This document shows positions 1-10,989 of a stretch of 36,273 bases of DNA, piece by piece (the first letter of the stretch is position 1; every line of letters begins with the position of its first letter). Source of the DNA: Macrostomum lignano (taxonomy: Eukaryota). The stretch spans positions 1 through 36,273 of the forward strand of contig NIVC01004747.1 of the NCBI GenBank assembly GCA_002269645.1, in the 5' to 3' direction. Position numbers and translations under genes: made by a program. The notes under the pieces are model-generated. The model searched no databases, was not told where the DNA came from, and worked only from the letters and a program-made list of their open reading frames with translations.

Positions 1-39
1 TAGAGATTGAGCTGAAAAAGATGTATGACAACATCTATA

Positions 40-420
40 CTTTCGATACATATCGGCTAGCCTGAACTATTTTCTTAGATTCGACTATTTTGACGGTAAA
101 AAATCTATCGTACTACTTGAACTTGTAGCATAATATTACAGGATATTTTATTGTTTCTAGTACGATTCTACAATTAAAATGAATTTTCGATACATATCGG
201 CTAAGAATACTTTCTTAGATTCAAGATTTCAACAGTAAAAATCTATTATACTATACTGAAATTTTGAAGCAGTAATACAACTAGGATAATCGATCGTTTC
301 TTGTATGATTCAGCAGGTAAACGTAATTTTCGATACATATCGACTAGTTTGTTTCCGTATGTTTTTTACATCTCGTTGAATTGAAATAGCTAAAATACAA
401 AATTTTATTCTAAAAAATAT
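40..420. repeat. Degenerate ~143-nt tandem repeat (about 2.5 units) in an IQGAP intron
   Basis: TTTCGATACATATCG(G/A)CTA recurs at about 41, 186 and 328, followed in the first two units by similar TTCTTAGATTC...GTAAAAA..TCTAT text. Confidence 0.6.
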
Positions 421-430
421 AAAATCGTAC

Positions 431-884
431 CTGTTCTTTGTAAGCCCGCCTGGCGATAACCATTCTCGCCTCGCAGCCTGCATTTGAACAATAACAGACA
501 AATAGCAATTGTAACGCGCTAGTCGCCTCTCCAGTTGTCGATCGCGTTTGACAACGACGCCACCAAACGCTGGATGGCCACAATCTGGTCTAAGCTGTTT
601 GAGTACAGCTGTCGACGTTCTCGAAGACGCCGTCGAACTAAGAAACCGCGCATAGCAGCTTGCAGGGTGATAATAAACGGTAAGCTAGTCTCGCGAATTC
701 GACTCTTTCTAAACTCTTCGTTTTCCCGTCTGACAGCCTCTTCGGCTTCCTCGCGAGTTAGCAGCGGCGCCGGCGGCAGGGCCGGAGGTCGGTCGGACCA
801 GACCAGGCGGCGCTGGGGCAACAGCACATAGAATGGCCGGGTTGGCCAGCGGACAACTAGCACGCTGGGCTGCAGCAGGTGCGA
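431..884 (-). CDS. IQGAP: IQGAP-family exon: degenerate WW domain plus IQ motifs 1-3 (contains apparent frameshifts at 470-567)
   Basis: Acceptor ttccag|TCG (884), phase 0, matching the upstream donor. Encodes LLTREEAEEAV...LQAAMRGFLVRRRL (IQ1), corresponding to IQGAP LSREEIQ...LQARCRGYLVRQ. Continues in other frames as WWRRCQTR, RQLERRLARYNCYLSVIVQMQAA and ARMVIARRAYKEQ, then donor CAG|GTACGA at 430. Confidence 0.8.
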
Positions 885-1023
885 CTGGAATGCGTTGATG
901 GGAAGAACGAATTCAGTTAATGACAGCTGCTACTAGGCTTATAAAATCATTTAACTACATTGGACTTCAGGGACCGTTTTTTATAAACTCATTGATGTTA
1001 GCCTCAGGAACCGCTATCATAAT

Positions 1024-3085
1024 GTGACTGATACTTCAGGAACCGCTCCTAAAACACCCACCGATACTTCAGGAACCGCTCCTACAACCGCACCGATACT
1101 TCAGGAACCGCTCCACAACCCCACCGATACTTCAGGAACCGCTCCCACAACCCCACCGATACTTCAGGAACCGCTCCTACAACCCCACCGATACTTCAGG
1201 AACCGCTCCCACAACCCCACCGATACTTCAGGAACCGCTCCACAACCCCACCGATACTTCAGGAACCGCTCCTACAACCCCACCGATACTTCAGGAACCG
1301 CTCCTACAACCGCACCGATACTTCAGGAACCGCTCCCACAACCCCACCGATACTTCAGGAACCGCTCCTACAACCCACCGATACTTCAGGAACCGCTCCC
1401 ACAACCCCACCGATACTTCAGGAACCGCTCCTACAACCCCACCGATACTTCAGGAACCGCTCCTACAACACCTCACCGATGCTTCAAGAACCGCTCCTAC
1501 AACCCCTCACCGATACTTCAGGAACCGCTCCTACAACACCTCACCGATGCTTCAAGAACCGCTCCTACAACCCCTCACCGATACTTCAGGAACCGCTCCT
1601 ACAACCGCACCGATACTTCAGGAACCGCTCCTACAACACCTCACCGATGCTTCAGGAACCGCTCCTACAACCCTCACCGTTACTTCAGGAACCGCTCCTA
1701 CAACACCTCACCGATACTTCAGGAACCGCTCCTACAACCCCACCGATACTTCAGGAACCGCTCCCACAACCCCACCGATACTTCAGGAACCGCTCCTACA
1801 ACCCCACCGATGCTTCAAGAACCGCTCCTACAACCCCTCACCGATACTTCAGGAACCGCTCCTACAACCCCTCACCGATACTTCAGGAACCGCTCCTACA
1901 ACCCCTCACCGATACTTCAGGAACCGCTCCCACAACCCAGCGATACTTCAGGAACCGCTCCTACAACCCCTCACCGATACTTCAGGAACCGCTCCTACAA
2001 CCCCTCACCGTTACTTCAGGAACCGCTCCTACAACACCTCACCGATGCTTCAAGAACCGCACCTACAACCCCTCACCGATACTTCAGGAACCGCTCCTAC
2101 AACCCCTCACCGATACTTCAGGAACCGCTCCTACAACCCCACCGATGCTTCAAGAACCGCTCCTACAACCCCTCACCGATACTTCAGGAACCGCTCCTAC
2201 AACCCCACCGATGCTTCAAGAACCGCTCCTACAACACCTCACCGATACTTCAGGAACCGCTCCTACAACCCCTCACCGATACTTCAGGAACCGCTCCTAC
2301 AACCCCTCACCGATACTTCAGGAACCGCTCCTACAACCCTCACCGATACTTCAGGAACCGCTCCCACAACCCAGCGATACTTCAGGAACCGCTCCTACAA
2401 CCCCTCACCGTTACTTCAGGAACCGCTCCTACAACCCCTCACCGTTACTTCAGGAACCGCTCCTACAACCCTCACCGATGCTTCAGGAACCGCTCCTACA
2501 ACCCTCACCGATACTTCAGGAACCGCTCCTACAACCCTCACCGATACTTCAGGAACCGCTCCTACAACCCCACCGACTTCAGAACCGCTCCTACAACACC
2601 TCACCGATACTTCAGGAACCGCTCCTACAACCCCACCGATACTTCAGGAACCGCTCCCACAACCCCACCGATACTTCAGGAACCGCTCCTACAACCCCAC
2701 CGTTACTTCAGGAACCGCTCCTACAACCCTCACCGTTACTTCAGGAACCGCTCCTACAACACCTCACCGATGCTTCAAGAACCGCTCCTACAACCCCTCA
2801 CCGATACTTCAGGAACCGCTCCTACAACCCCTCACCGATACTTCAGGAACCGCTCCTACAACCCACCGATGCTTCAAGAACCGCTCCTACAACACCTCAC
2901 CGATACTTCAGGAACCGCTCCTACAACCCCTCACCGATACTTCAGGAACCGCTCCCACAACCCAGCGATACTTCAGGAACCGCTCCTACAACCCCTCACC
3001 GATACTTCAGGAACCGCTCCCACAACCCCAGCGATACTTCAGGAACCGCTCCTACAACACCTCACCGATACCTCAAGAACCGCTA
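1024..3085. repeat. Intronic minisatellite, 31-34-nt unit CCGATACTTCAGGAACCGCTCCTACAACCCC(T)CA, roughly 60 copies
   Basis: Direct inspection. Unit lengths are mixed and mostly not multiples of 3. Lies in the IQGAP intron 885-3154. Confidence 0.97.
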
Positions 3086-3154
3086 ATTAGAACGTTATGG
3101 AAACTACAGTGGCTGCTCCTATTCAACTTCATCAATAGTCACTAATCCGCTCAC

Positions 3155-3982
3155 CCCATCAAGCCGGCCCGCAAAGCCCAATTCATCAGCTTTGAATCCT
3201 CGCAGCGACATCAGCCGATCTAGGTAAGTCCCAGCCAGAGCTTTCAACACTGGCACGCCCAACCGTAGCCTAGGATCGGCTAGCACGCTAACAACGCCGC
3301 TAGCGTCTATAATACTCGTATCGGCGTCTTGGTCGGCGCAGTCGGCTAGCGCCGCTTCCAGTCGCCACAGGCAGTCGACAAGATCGCGAGCCTCGCCTAG
3401 GAGACGGCCGGCCTCGCGTCGGCAGTCTTGCAGATCCTGCAGCCAGAGGTCGCGATCCAGTTGGACGCAGGAGCGATCGCGTAGCAGAGCTAAGCAGAGC
3501 TCGCTCAGCTCAGACTCGAGAGACTCAACCTGAAGTCCCGAGGCCAGCAGACCGGCAAGCCGAGACGCTTCGTCAACGGAGATTTCGTTGCCATCCGATT
3601 CGAATTCGATAGCAGCTCGAAGACGCGAGTTGAGCTCACGTATAGCGCGCAATTGACGCGCTTCGCGTTGTTCAGCATCTGCATTTGCGCGCTTCAGCTG
3701 CTGCTGCCGCTGCTGTTGCTGCTGCCGACGCGCCCGATTGACTTGGACAAGACAGTGGGCAATCTCGCGATGGGTCAACCAGCGACCGTTGTCATGGCAA
3801 CCGTCATCGGCATTGGAGAAGCCGGTAGACTCGGCAATTAATTGTTGAGCATATTGGCTGATAGCTTCGGCCGATACTGAGTCGAAATTGAGCTCGGGCT
3901 CGCGCAGAGCTGCCAGCAGCCGCTCGGAGCCACCGTCACCATGGCGACAGTACCGACCGAGTGCATCGTTGACGGCGCCGAC
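3155..3982 (-). CDS. IQGAP: IQGAP-family exon, IQGAP-specific coiled-coil repeats
   Basis: Acceptor ctgtgtcgcag|GTC (3982) and donor GGG|GTGAGC (3154), both phase 0, 276 codons. VGAVNDAL..LLAALREPEL..Y..LTHREIAHCLVQVN follows the IQGAP repeat pattern. Confidence 0.85.
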
Positions 3983-4227
3983 CTGCGACACAGGGAGAGA
4001 GAATCGAAAAGAGAACCGGCGTTATTTGGTGATGTTGCGAGGTTATAGACTGAAGAAAGTGAATGGAAGCTTGAAGACTGAAGAACGCAATTAGATTGCC
4101 CGAGCCCGAAGCGCCCAAGGATCACCTGAGACATCTGATAAAAAACCTAAAGCCAAACCTGCAACTGAAAGCCTAAGCAACAAAATTTATATTCTAAGAT
4201 TAAAGAGAATAGCCTGGAAATTAAACG

Positions 4228-4790
4228 CATTTGCCTAATGATCAAACGTACGACTCGTATTTGTCTGTAGATCAAGGGGATTTGCCTAATGATCAAACGG
4301 AATAGTCTGTAGGTCAAACGGATTAGCCTAATGATCAAACGGATTAGTCTGTAGATAAAATGGATTTGCCTAACTATCGAACAGTTTAGTCTAATGATCA
4401 AAACGGATTAGCCTAAAGATCAAACGGATTTGCCTAACTATCGAACAGTTTAGTCTAATGATCAAAACGGATTAGCCTAAAGATCAAACGGATTAGCCTA
4501 AAGATCAAACGGATTAGCCTAACTATCAAACAGTTTAGTCTAATGATCAAACGGATTTGCCTAACTATCGAACAGTTTAGTCTAATGATCAAACGGATTA
4601 GCCTAAAGATCAAACGGATTAGCCTAAGTATCGAACGGATTAGTCTAATGATCAAAACGGATTAGCTTAATGATTAAACGGATTAGCCTAATAATCAATT
4701 GAATTAGTCTAATGATCAATCGGATTAGCCTAAAAATCAAATAGATTAGCCTAAAGATTAAACGGATTAGCCTAAAGAAGATCGAACAGA
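4228..4790. repeat. Intronic minisatellite, ~21-nt unit GATTAGCCTAATGATCAAACG
   Basis: Direct inspection; lies in the IQGAP intron 3983-4909. Confidence 0.93.
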
Positions 4791-4909
4791 TCAGACTAAA
4801 AACCCTAAACCCATGCATAAGCCAATAGAAACCATAGTCAGACAAGCAGAGAGAGGACTAGCTGACAAGATGCATTACACACATATACATCCGCACACTA
4901 TACACAAAC

Positions 4910-5250
4910 CTTGTTAACAATAAACACGAGCAGCTCGAGCTCCTCTCTAGTAAGATCGGCCCCCTTCTCCAGCCGAGCGGAGCGCAATTCGCTTCTGTAC
5001 ACGCGTCTACCACGCGGATCCTCCGACCAGAGCAGCGTCGGCAAACCGGCGGATCGACGCGACAATAGCGACGCCGTTAAATTGTCGGCCTCAACAGCGG
5101 CGTCTGTATCAACATCGTCAGCGGAAGGATTCAATAGGGACGCGTTGATAGCGTCAATGGATTGGATAGTTTCGCGTTCGCGTTCCCAGCTGCGGTTGCC
5201 CTTGACAACGCAGCTAGTCAGAGCGGCCATGTCCAACGATTTGGGGGCCG
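4910..5250 (-). CDS. IQGAP: IQGAP-family exon, IQGAP repeat
   Basis: Encodes LDMAALTSCVVKGN...SIDAINASL...YRSELRSARLEKGADLTREELELLVFIVNK. Donor AAG|GTTTGT (4909), phase 0, joins VGAVN of the next exon. Acceptor cctcgccag at 5251. Confidence 0.8.
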
Positions 5251-5289
5251 CTGGCGAGGCAGGCGATCGAGGCGATTGGGGAGGCTTAC

Positions 5290-5344
5290 CGTGATGCTGA
5301 CGCTGCCGCTTGAATGCCTGTCGTATTGGGAAGTATTGGATACG
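5290..5344 (-). CDS. IQGAP: IQGAP-family short exon (RIQYFPIRQAFKRQRQHH); 5' boundary uncertain
   Basis: Same frame as the 4910-5250 exon; strong donor G|GTAAGC (5289). In-frame phase-0 acceptors are possible at 5344 (aag) or 5317 (cag); an in-frame TAA at 5351-5353 lies upstream. Confidence 0.5.
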
Positions 5345-5400
5345 CTTGCATTATATATTTAAATCTGAAATTATCAGACGATCTAAAGAACTAAAAAAGG

Positions 5401-6620
5401 GCAGCCTGAAGAATCGATGGGGAAGCCTAAAAATCGATGGGACAGCCTGAAGAATCGGTGGAACATCCTGGAACATCCTGAAGAATCGGTGGAATAGCCT
5501 GAAGAATCGGTGGGGCAGCCTGAAGAATCGGTGGAACAGCCTGAAGAATCGGTGGAACATCCAGAAGAATCGGTGGAACAGCCTGAAGAATCGGTGGAAC
5601 AGCCTGAAGAATCGGTGGAACAGCCTGAAGAATCGGTGGGACAGCCTGAAGAATCGGTGGGGCAGCCTGAAGAATCGGTGGAACAGCCTGAAGAATCGGT
5701 GGGACAGCCTGAAGAATCGGTAACAGCCTGAAGAATCGGTGGGGCAGCCTGAAGAATCGGTGGGACAGCCTGAAGAATCGGTGGGGCAGCCTGAAGAATC
5801 GGTGGGACAGCCTGAAGAATCGGTGGGGCAGCCTGAAGAATCGGTAACAGCCTGAAGAATCGGTGGGCAGCCTGAAGAATCGGTGGGACAGCCTGAAGAA
5901 TCGGTGGGGCAGCCTGAAGAATCGGTGGGACAGCCTGAAGAATCGGTGGAACAGCCTGAAGAATCGGTGAAGAATCGGTGGGACAGCCTGAAGAATCGGT
6001 GGGACAGCCTGAAGAATCGGTGGGGCAGCCTGAAGAATCGGTGAACAGCCTGAAGAATCGGTGGGACAGCCTGAAGAATCGGTGGACAGCCTGAAGAATC
6101 GGTGGGGCAGCCTGAAGAATCGGTGGGGCAGCCTGAAGAATCGGTGGGGCAGCCTGAAGAATCGGTGGGGCAGCCTGAAGAATCGGTGGGGCAGCCTGAA
6201 GAATCGGTGGAACAGCCTGAAGAATCGGTGGGGCAGCCTGAAGAATCGGTGGGGCAGCCTGAAGAATCGGTGGGACAGCCTGAAGAATCGGTGGGGCAGC
6301 CTGAAGAATCGGTGGAACAGCCTGAAGAATCGGTGGAACAGCCTGAAGAATCGGTGGGACAGCCTGAAGAATCGGTGGGGCAGCCTGAAGAATCGGTGGA
6401 CAGCCTGAAGAATCGGTGGGACAGCCTGAAGAATCGGTGGGACAGCCTGAAGAATCGGTGGGGCAGCCTGAAGAATCGGTGGGCAGCCTGAAGAATCGGT
6501 GGAACAGCCTGAAGAATCGGTGGGGCAGCCTGAAGAATCGGTGGGGCAGCCTGAAGAATCGGTGACAGCAGAAGAATCGTGCTGGCAGCCTGAAGAATCG
6601 GTGGGCAGCCGAAGAATCGG
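5401..6620. repeat. Intronic minisatellite, 21-nt unit (plus strand CAGCCTGAAGAATCGGTGGGG/A), roughly 58 copies
   Basis: Direct inspection. Occasional 20-nt units shift the frame. Begins immediately at the donor of IQGAP exon 2. Confidence 0.97.
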
Positions 6621-6624
6621 TAAC

Positions 6625-6771
6625 CAACAGGTGTACAGTCGGTCGGTGGCCTCGCTGAACGGCCTCTTCGATGGCTTTGAAGTCGACCTGGGAGACGTTG
6701 CTATCCGATGGCATGTTCTCTTTGTTCTCTTCACCAAGGATGTCATCGCCAATGCTGCGGAATTTGCTCAT
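6625..6771 (-). CDS. IQGAP: IQGAP-family exon 2
   Basis: Acceptor ctgctccag|ATG, phase 0. MSKFRSIGDDIL...AIEEAVQRG corresponds to IQGAP1 MPAFSKIGGIL...AINEAIDR. The donor TTG|GTTACC is weak, so the 3' end is less certain. Confidence 0.72.
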
Positions 6772-6844
6772 CTGGAGCAGCGGGTTTTATTGGAGAACGT
6801 TTATAAGGTTTATAAGGAGAAGCTCATACAAAATTATTGAGTCA

Positions 6845-7960
6845 TATAAGCATTGCCATTGAGTCATAACGCAATCATTGAGGTAGAGTCATACAGCAAT
6901 GATTGAGGTTGAGTCATACAGCAATCATTGAGGTTGAGTCATACAGCAATCATTGAGCTTGAGTCATACAGCAATCATTGAGGTTGAGTCATACAGCAGT
7001 AATTTTTTGGTAGGGTCATACAGTATTCACTGAGTCATACAGAAATCATGGTCATTGGGTCATACAGCATCTATTGAGTCACACAGCATCCATTGAGTCA
7101 CACAAAAATCATGGTCATTGGGTCATACAGCATCTATTGAGTAACACAAAAATCATGGTCATTGGGTCATACAGCATCTATTGAGTCACACAAAAATCAT
7201 GGTCATTGGGTCATACAGCATCTATTGAGTCACACAAAAATCATGGTCATTGGGTCATACAGCATCTATTGAGTCACACAGCATCCATTGAGTCACACAA
7301 AAATCATGGTCATTGGGTCATACAGCATCTATTGAGTCACACAAAAATCATGGTCATTGGGTCATACAGCATCTATTGAGTCACACAAAAATCATGGTCA
7401 TTGGGTCATACAGCATCCATTGAGTCACACAAAAATCATGGTCATTGGGTCATACAGCATCTATTGAGTCACACAAAAATCATGGTCATTGGGTCATACA
7501 GCATCTATTGAGTCACACGAAAATCATGGTCATTGGGTCATACAGCATCCATTGAGTCACACAAAAATCATGGTCATTGGGTCATACAGCATCCATTGAG
7601 TCACACAAAAATCATGGTCATTGGGTCATACAGCATCCATTGAGTCACACAAAAATCATGGTCATTGGGTCATACAGCATCTATTGAGTCACACAAAAAT
7701 CATGGTCATTGGGTCATACAGCATCTATTGAGTCACACAAAAATCATGGTCATTGGGTCATACAGCATCTATTGAGTCACACAAAATCATGGTCATTGGG
7801 TCATACAGCATCCATTGAGTCACACAAAAATCATGGTCATTGGGTCATACAGCATCCATTGGGTCACACAAAAATCATGGTCATTGGGTCATACAGCATC
7901 CATTGAGTCACACAAAAATCATGGTCATTGGGTCATACAGCATCTATCGAGTCATACAGA
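6845..7960. repeat. Intronic minisatellite: ~25-nt units grading into a 44-nt higher-order unit (TTGAGTCACACAAAAATCATGGTCA + TTGGGTCATACAGCATCTA)
   Basis: GGTCATTGGG at 7201 and 7245 gives a period of 44. Both subunits share TTG(A/G)GTCA(C/T)AC. Confidence 0.93.
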
Positions 7961-8046
7961 AACCATGGTAATTCGGTCATAACTCAATCATTGGCTTGCT
8001 GTCACTGGGTCAAACAGCAATAATTACAAACTATTATAACCCTCAC

Positions 8047-8655
8047 CTGATCCGCATTGATACTCTTAGTCACGGCGCTCAACTCAGCCTCAGTAAAGGT
8101 GACTTTCCCATACAGATCTTCAATTCGAGCTGCTCGACCGCTTCTAAACAGAAAAGCGCCCAAAGCGTGCAAGCAATAAACCAGCTTAGGCATATTTCTT
8201 CCATCGTAAATATCCGTAGTCTCAGGCCAATAATTCCTTGGCAATCCAATATGCTGCAGAGCCTTTAGAAAATGATTAATATTATCGGTATGCCGGAAGT
8301 CCAGTCCTCTAGCTAGAAACCGGTCCTGACGCGGATCGAATATAGATTTTATAGGCACTAGGCGAGGCGCGAACGCGTTAGCCAGCTTAGCTAATGCTAC
8401 GCCATTCTGCAGACAGGCTTCCAGCTGTTCGCCAGCTGGCGGCAGGCTCTCACTGATGCAGGCCTCTAGCCAGACTCGGGCCTCCTCTAGCCGGCACAGA
8501 TACTGATAAGCCAGCTGAGATCGGCGCCGTTCGTCCATCTCTTCGGCTGATAGGCGAACGCCTGCGGAAGACAGTTCGTTAGCTAACTGGGCGGTGGCAT
8601 TAGCATTAGCCGTGGCCATTGCCTGAGTAGCAGCCGATGCTTTTGGCGTGTCCAT
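8047..8655 (-). CDS. IQGAP: IQGAP-family scaffold protein, first coding exon (calponin-homology domain)
   Basis: EEMDERRRSQLAYQYLCRLEEARVWLEAC...LQNGVALAKL...FRHTDNINHFL...PETTDIYDGRNMPKLVYCLHAL...DLYGKVTFTEAE closely matches the IQGAP N-terminal CH region. ATG at 8655 with an in-frame TAA just upstream; donor CAG|GTGAGG at 8046. Confidence 0.93.
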
Positions 8656-8789
8656 CAGTTATTAATTTGCAATTTATCTTTTTTGTTTCAATAATAAATT
8701 AATTGGGGTGGACAAGCTCATGAATCGATTTTGTTAGCAGAGGTAGTTAGTTTATTACAGTGCAATATGCTACCCGAATGAGCATGCAC

Positions 8790-9010
8790 GAGGTTGCAGC
8801 CTAGTGGTCAGAGCATCGGACTCGTGACTTGAAGGTCGGGGGTTCGATTCCAGATCCCGCTGGAAAAAAATTGTCCTTGAGCAAGACGCTCAACTCTGCA
8901 TTGCTTCAGTTCACCCAGCTGTAAAATTGGCACCAGGATTAGCTGGGGTACTTGGACTGAACTTAACAGCTACATACAGCCATCAGATGTGCGACACAAT
9001 AACTGTAGTA
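8790..9010 (+). mobile_element. tRNA-derived SINE with CORE (MIR-like) domain
   Basis: Box A-like CAGCCTAGTGG and box B GGTTCGATTCC, followed by TGTCCTTGAGCAAGACGCTCAAC...CTTCAGTTCACCCAGCTGTAAAATTGG, which resembles the MIR/CORE consensus. A second copy lies at 33062-33283. Confidence 0.8.
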
Positions 9011-10858
9011 GATCTACATGCAAGCATACACTTCACTAGAATGTCAACTATTCTAATCATGATTCTAAAAAGTAAATCAAACTTGATTGTGACATTGGCT
9101 TTGCAAACTGATTTTGTATATTTTGGTTGGATACATTGAATCATTGAATATATTTTTTATTGTTTGATCTATTTAGGCCAGGGCTAGGGTTTAGCTAACT
9201 TTGGCCTCTATATCAAGCTTTTCGGATTTTTTAAGCTTCACAATAGCAATCCAGCCTAGTTAAGCTTTGTTGTTTCTTCTTAGTTCTTTTCTCTCCAATC
9301 TGCTTTCTTTTTGCTCTCATATGCTTTTAGCTCTCCTTCTTTCCTCTTCTCTTCCTTCCTTCTTCTCTTTTCTATGTAATATTTTTCCTTGTCTTTTTTT
9401 TTCTCTTTATTCCTTTGCTTCCTTTCTCTCTGCCTTTTCTCCTTTTCACTGGCCCCTAGTCAAATGCAAATCTGGCCTATAAGATAAAAAAGTTTGCCAA
9501 CCTTTGATTTAAACCAACATGCAAGTCAACAACAACAAAGTCTATATTAGATATTTGAAATAATGACTATTAAAATCTTGTTACAACATTGGCTGATTTA
9601 GTTTGAATGTTCTTTCAAAGTTAGCACATAGTAAAAAAGTTAATTCTATATAATAAAAAGTATCTTTAAAAAGGTATTTAATTTATTAGTTGATAATACT
9701 TTCTTCTTGACTTTAAAATAGGCAGCTATCTAATAGCTTTGTATCTAAAAAAGGCTTTAAAGTTGAAGAATAATAATCCAGTTTTTATTGGGGGCCTATA
9801 AAAAACTATCAAGCTTAGGCCTTAGATGAATTAGAAAGCTTGGTAATGCAATAAAAAATAGACAAATAGCCTGACAATATCAATCTAGCTTGGTGAAAAA
9901 CAAAAAGCAATCTAACACTTTAATGATTAGGGCCTATTGGCAAACAAATTGGATTTCATTTCAAGATGGTATATATAAAAAAGATAGAAAAATTCCTTTG
10001 TTATTTTGTTTTTCTAGAAAAACCTAAAAGAAACAAGGTCTACTATTTTTCAAATATTATATAGTAGGCCTAGGCCCTAGGGCTAGGCCTATATCTCACA
10101 TTGTATATTATCATTTTATAAAGATTTAATCTTTCAACATAATAATTAAGCTTTGTATATTCCTATGTCAATCTAATTTTCTGAATCATTAATGCCAATA
10201 ATAGAATTTAATATTACTTGAATAATAGTAACCATTTTGTAATAGTAATAGCCACTTTTAATAATAACCAATGGCAATAGGTATCTGCAAAAACTAGCTT
10301 AGGCCTAGCCTTAGGTAGGCTTAAAATGAATGGGGATTGCAAAAAATATTCTAGTTATTTTTCTATAGCCAATGCTTTTTTATTTTTTATAGTAAATATA
10401 ATTTAATATTATATTGTATTATTAAATAAATAAAACAAATAGTTTCTGAAAAGGAGCCATAGCCCATAGTTTGGGAGATGACATATATTGCTAGTGTTTT
10501 TTTATACAGTAACTGGAAATATACCTTATAAATAGTTATCTTATCAAAGACTGCTCAATATTTGTTGCTATATCTTTTATTTTCATAATGATTTTAAACT
10601 AACTAAAGTGAGCAGATAGAATTTAGGTGTGATTTATATATGTTTATAGCCTAGCATTTTTTATTAGCTTATAGTATTAGTACTATAATTAATAGAGTAT
10701 TGAAGTGTGTTTCAAAATAAACAAATGAGAATATGACATTTGCCTTCAAAAAGATATTTGTGGTCAAATGTAACTGGAAAATAACTATAAGTACTATACA
10801 ATAGATAAAAGATAATAAAACTAGTCTTTATTTTTGTTACTGTGTAAATAACAATATT

Positions 10859-10908
10859 CCTAAAGGGTCCTAAAGTGTCCTAAAGTGTCCTAAAGTGTCC
10901 TAAAGGGT
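10859..10908. repeat. 10-nt tandem repeat CCTAAAG(T/G)GT x5
   Basis: Direct inspection. Confidence 0.85.
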
Positions 10909-10989
10909 TAAAAGTTGGACCAAAAGTAAATTTCGTATTAATTTCAGTCCAAAATCGAACCAACAGCTTGCAAAATGTCGGCGTTGCGT

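Noticed and set aside
1024-3145. Three ORFs of 530-690 aa on the plus strand
   Set aside because: They are translations of a stop-free minisatellite in all three frames, antisense to and inside an IQGAP intron; unit lengths are not frame-preserving.
4117-4134. Possible 9-nt micro-exon (tttttatcag|ATGTCTCAG|GTGATC) in IQGAP
   Set aside because: Frame-neutral and plausible in form, but VNK|VGAVN already fits the IQGAP repeat without it; no supporting evidence.
5383-6620. Long repeat ORFs (PPILQAA / HRFFRL / TDSSGC and the antisense QPEESV)
   Set aside because: Products of the 21-nt intronic array, with frame-shifting units; only the first 49 codons (6625-6771) resemble IQGAP.
8790-8862. tRNA gene
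   Set aside because: Box A and box B are present, but the acceptor and anticodon stems pair poorly and the sequence runs directly into a CORE domain; it is a SINE head.
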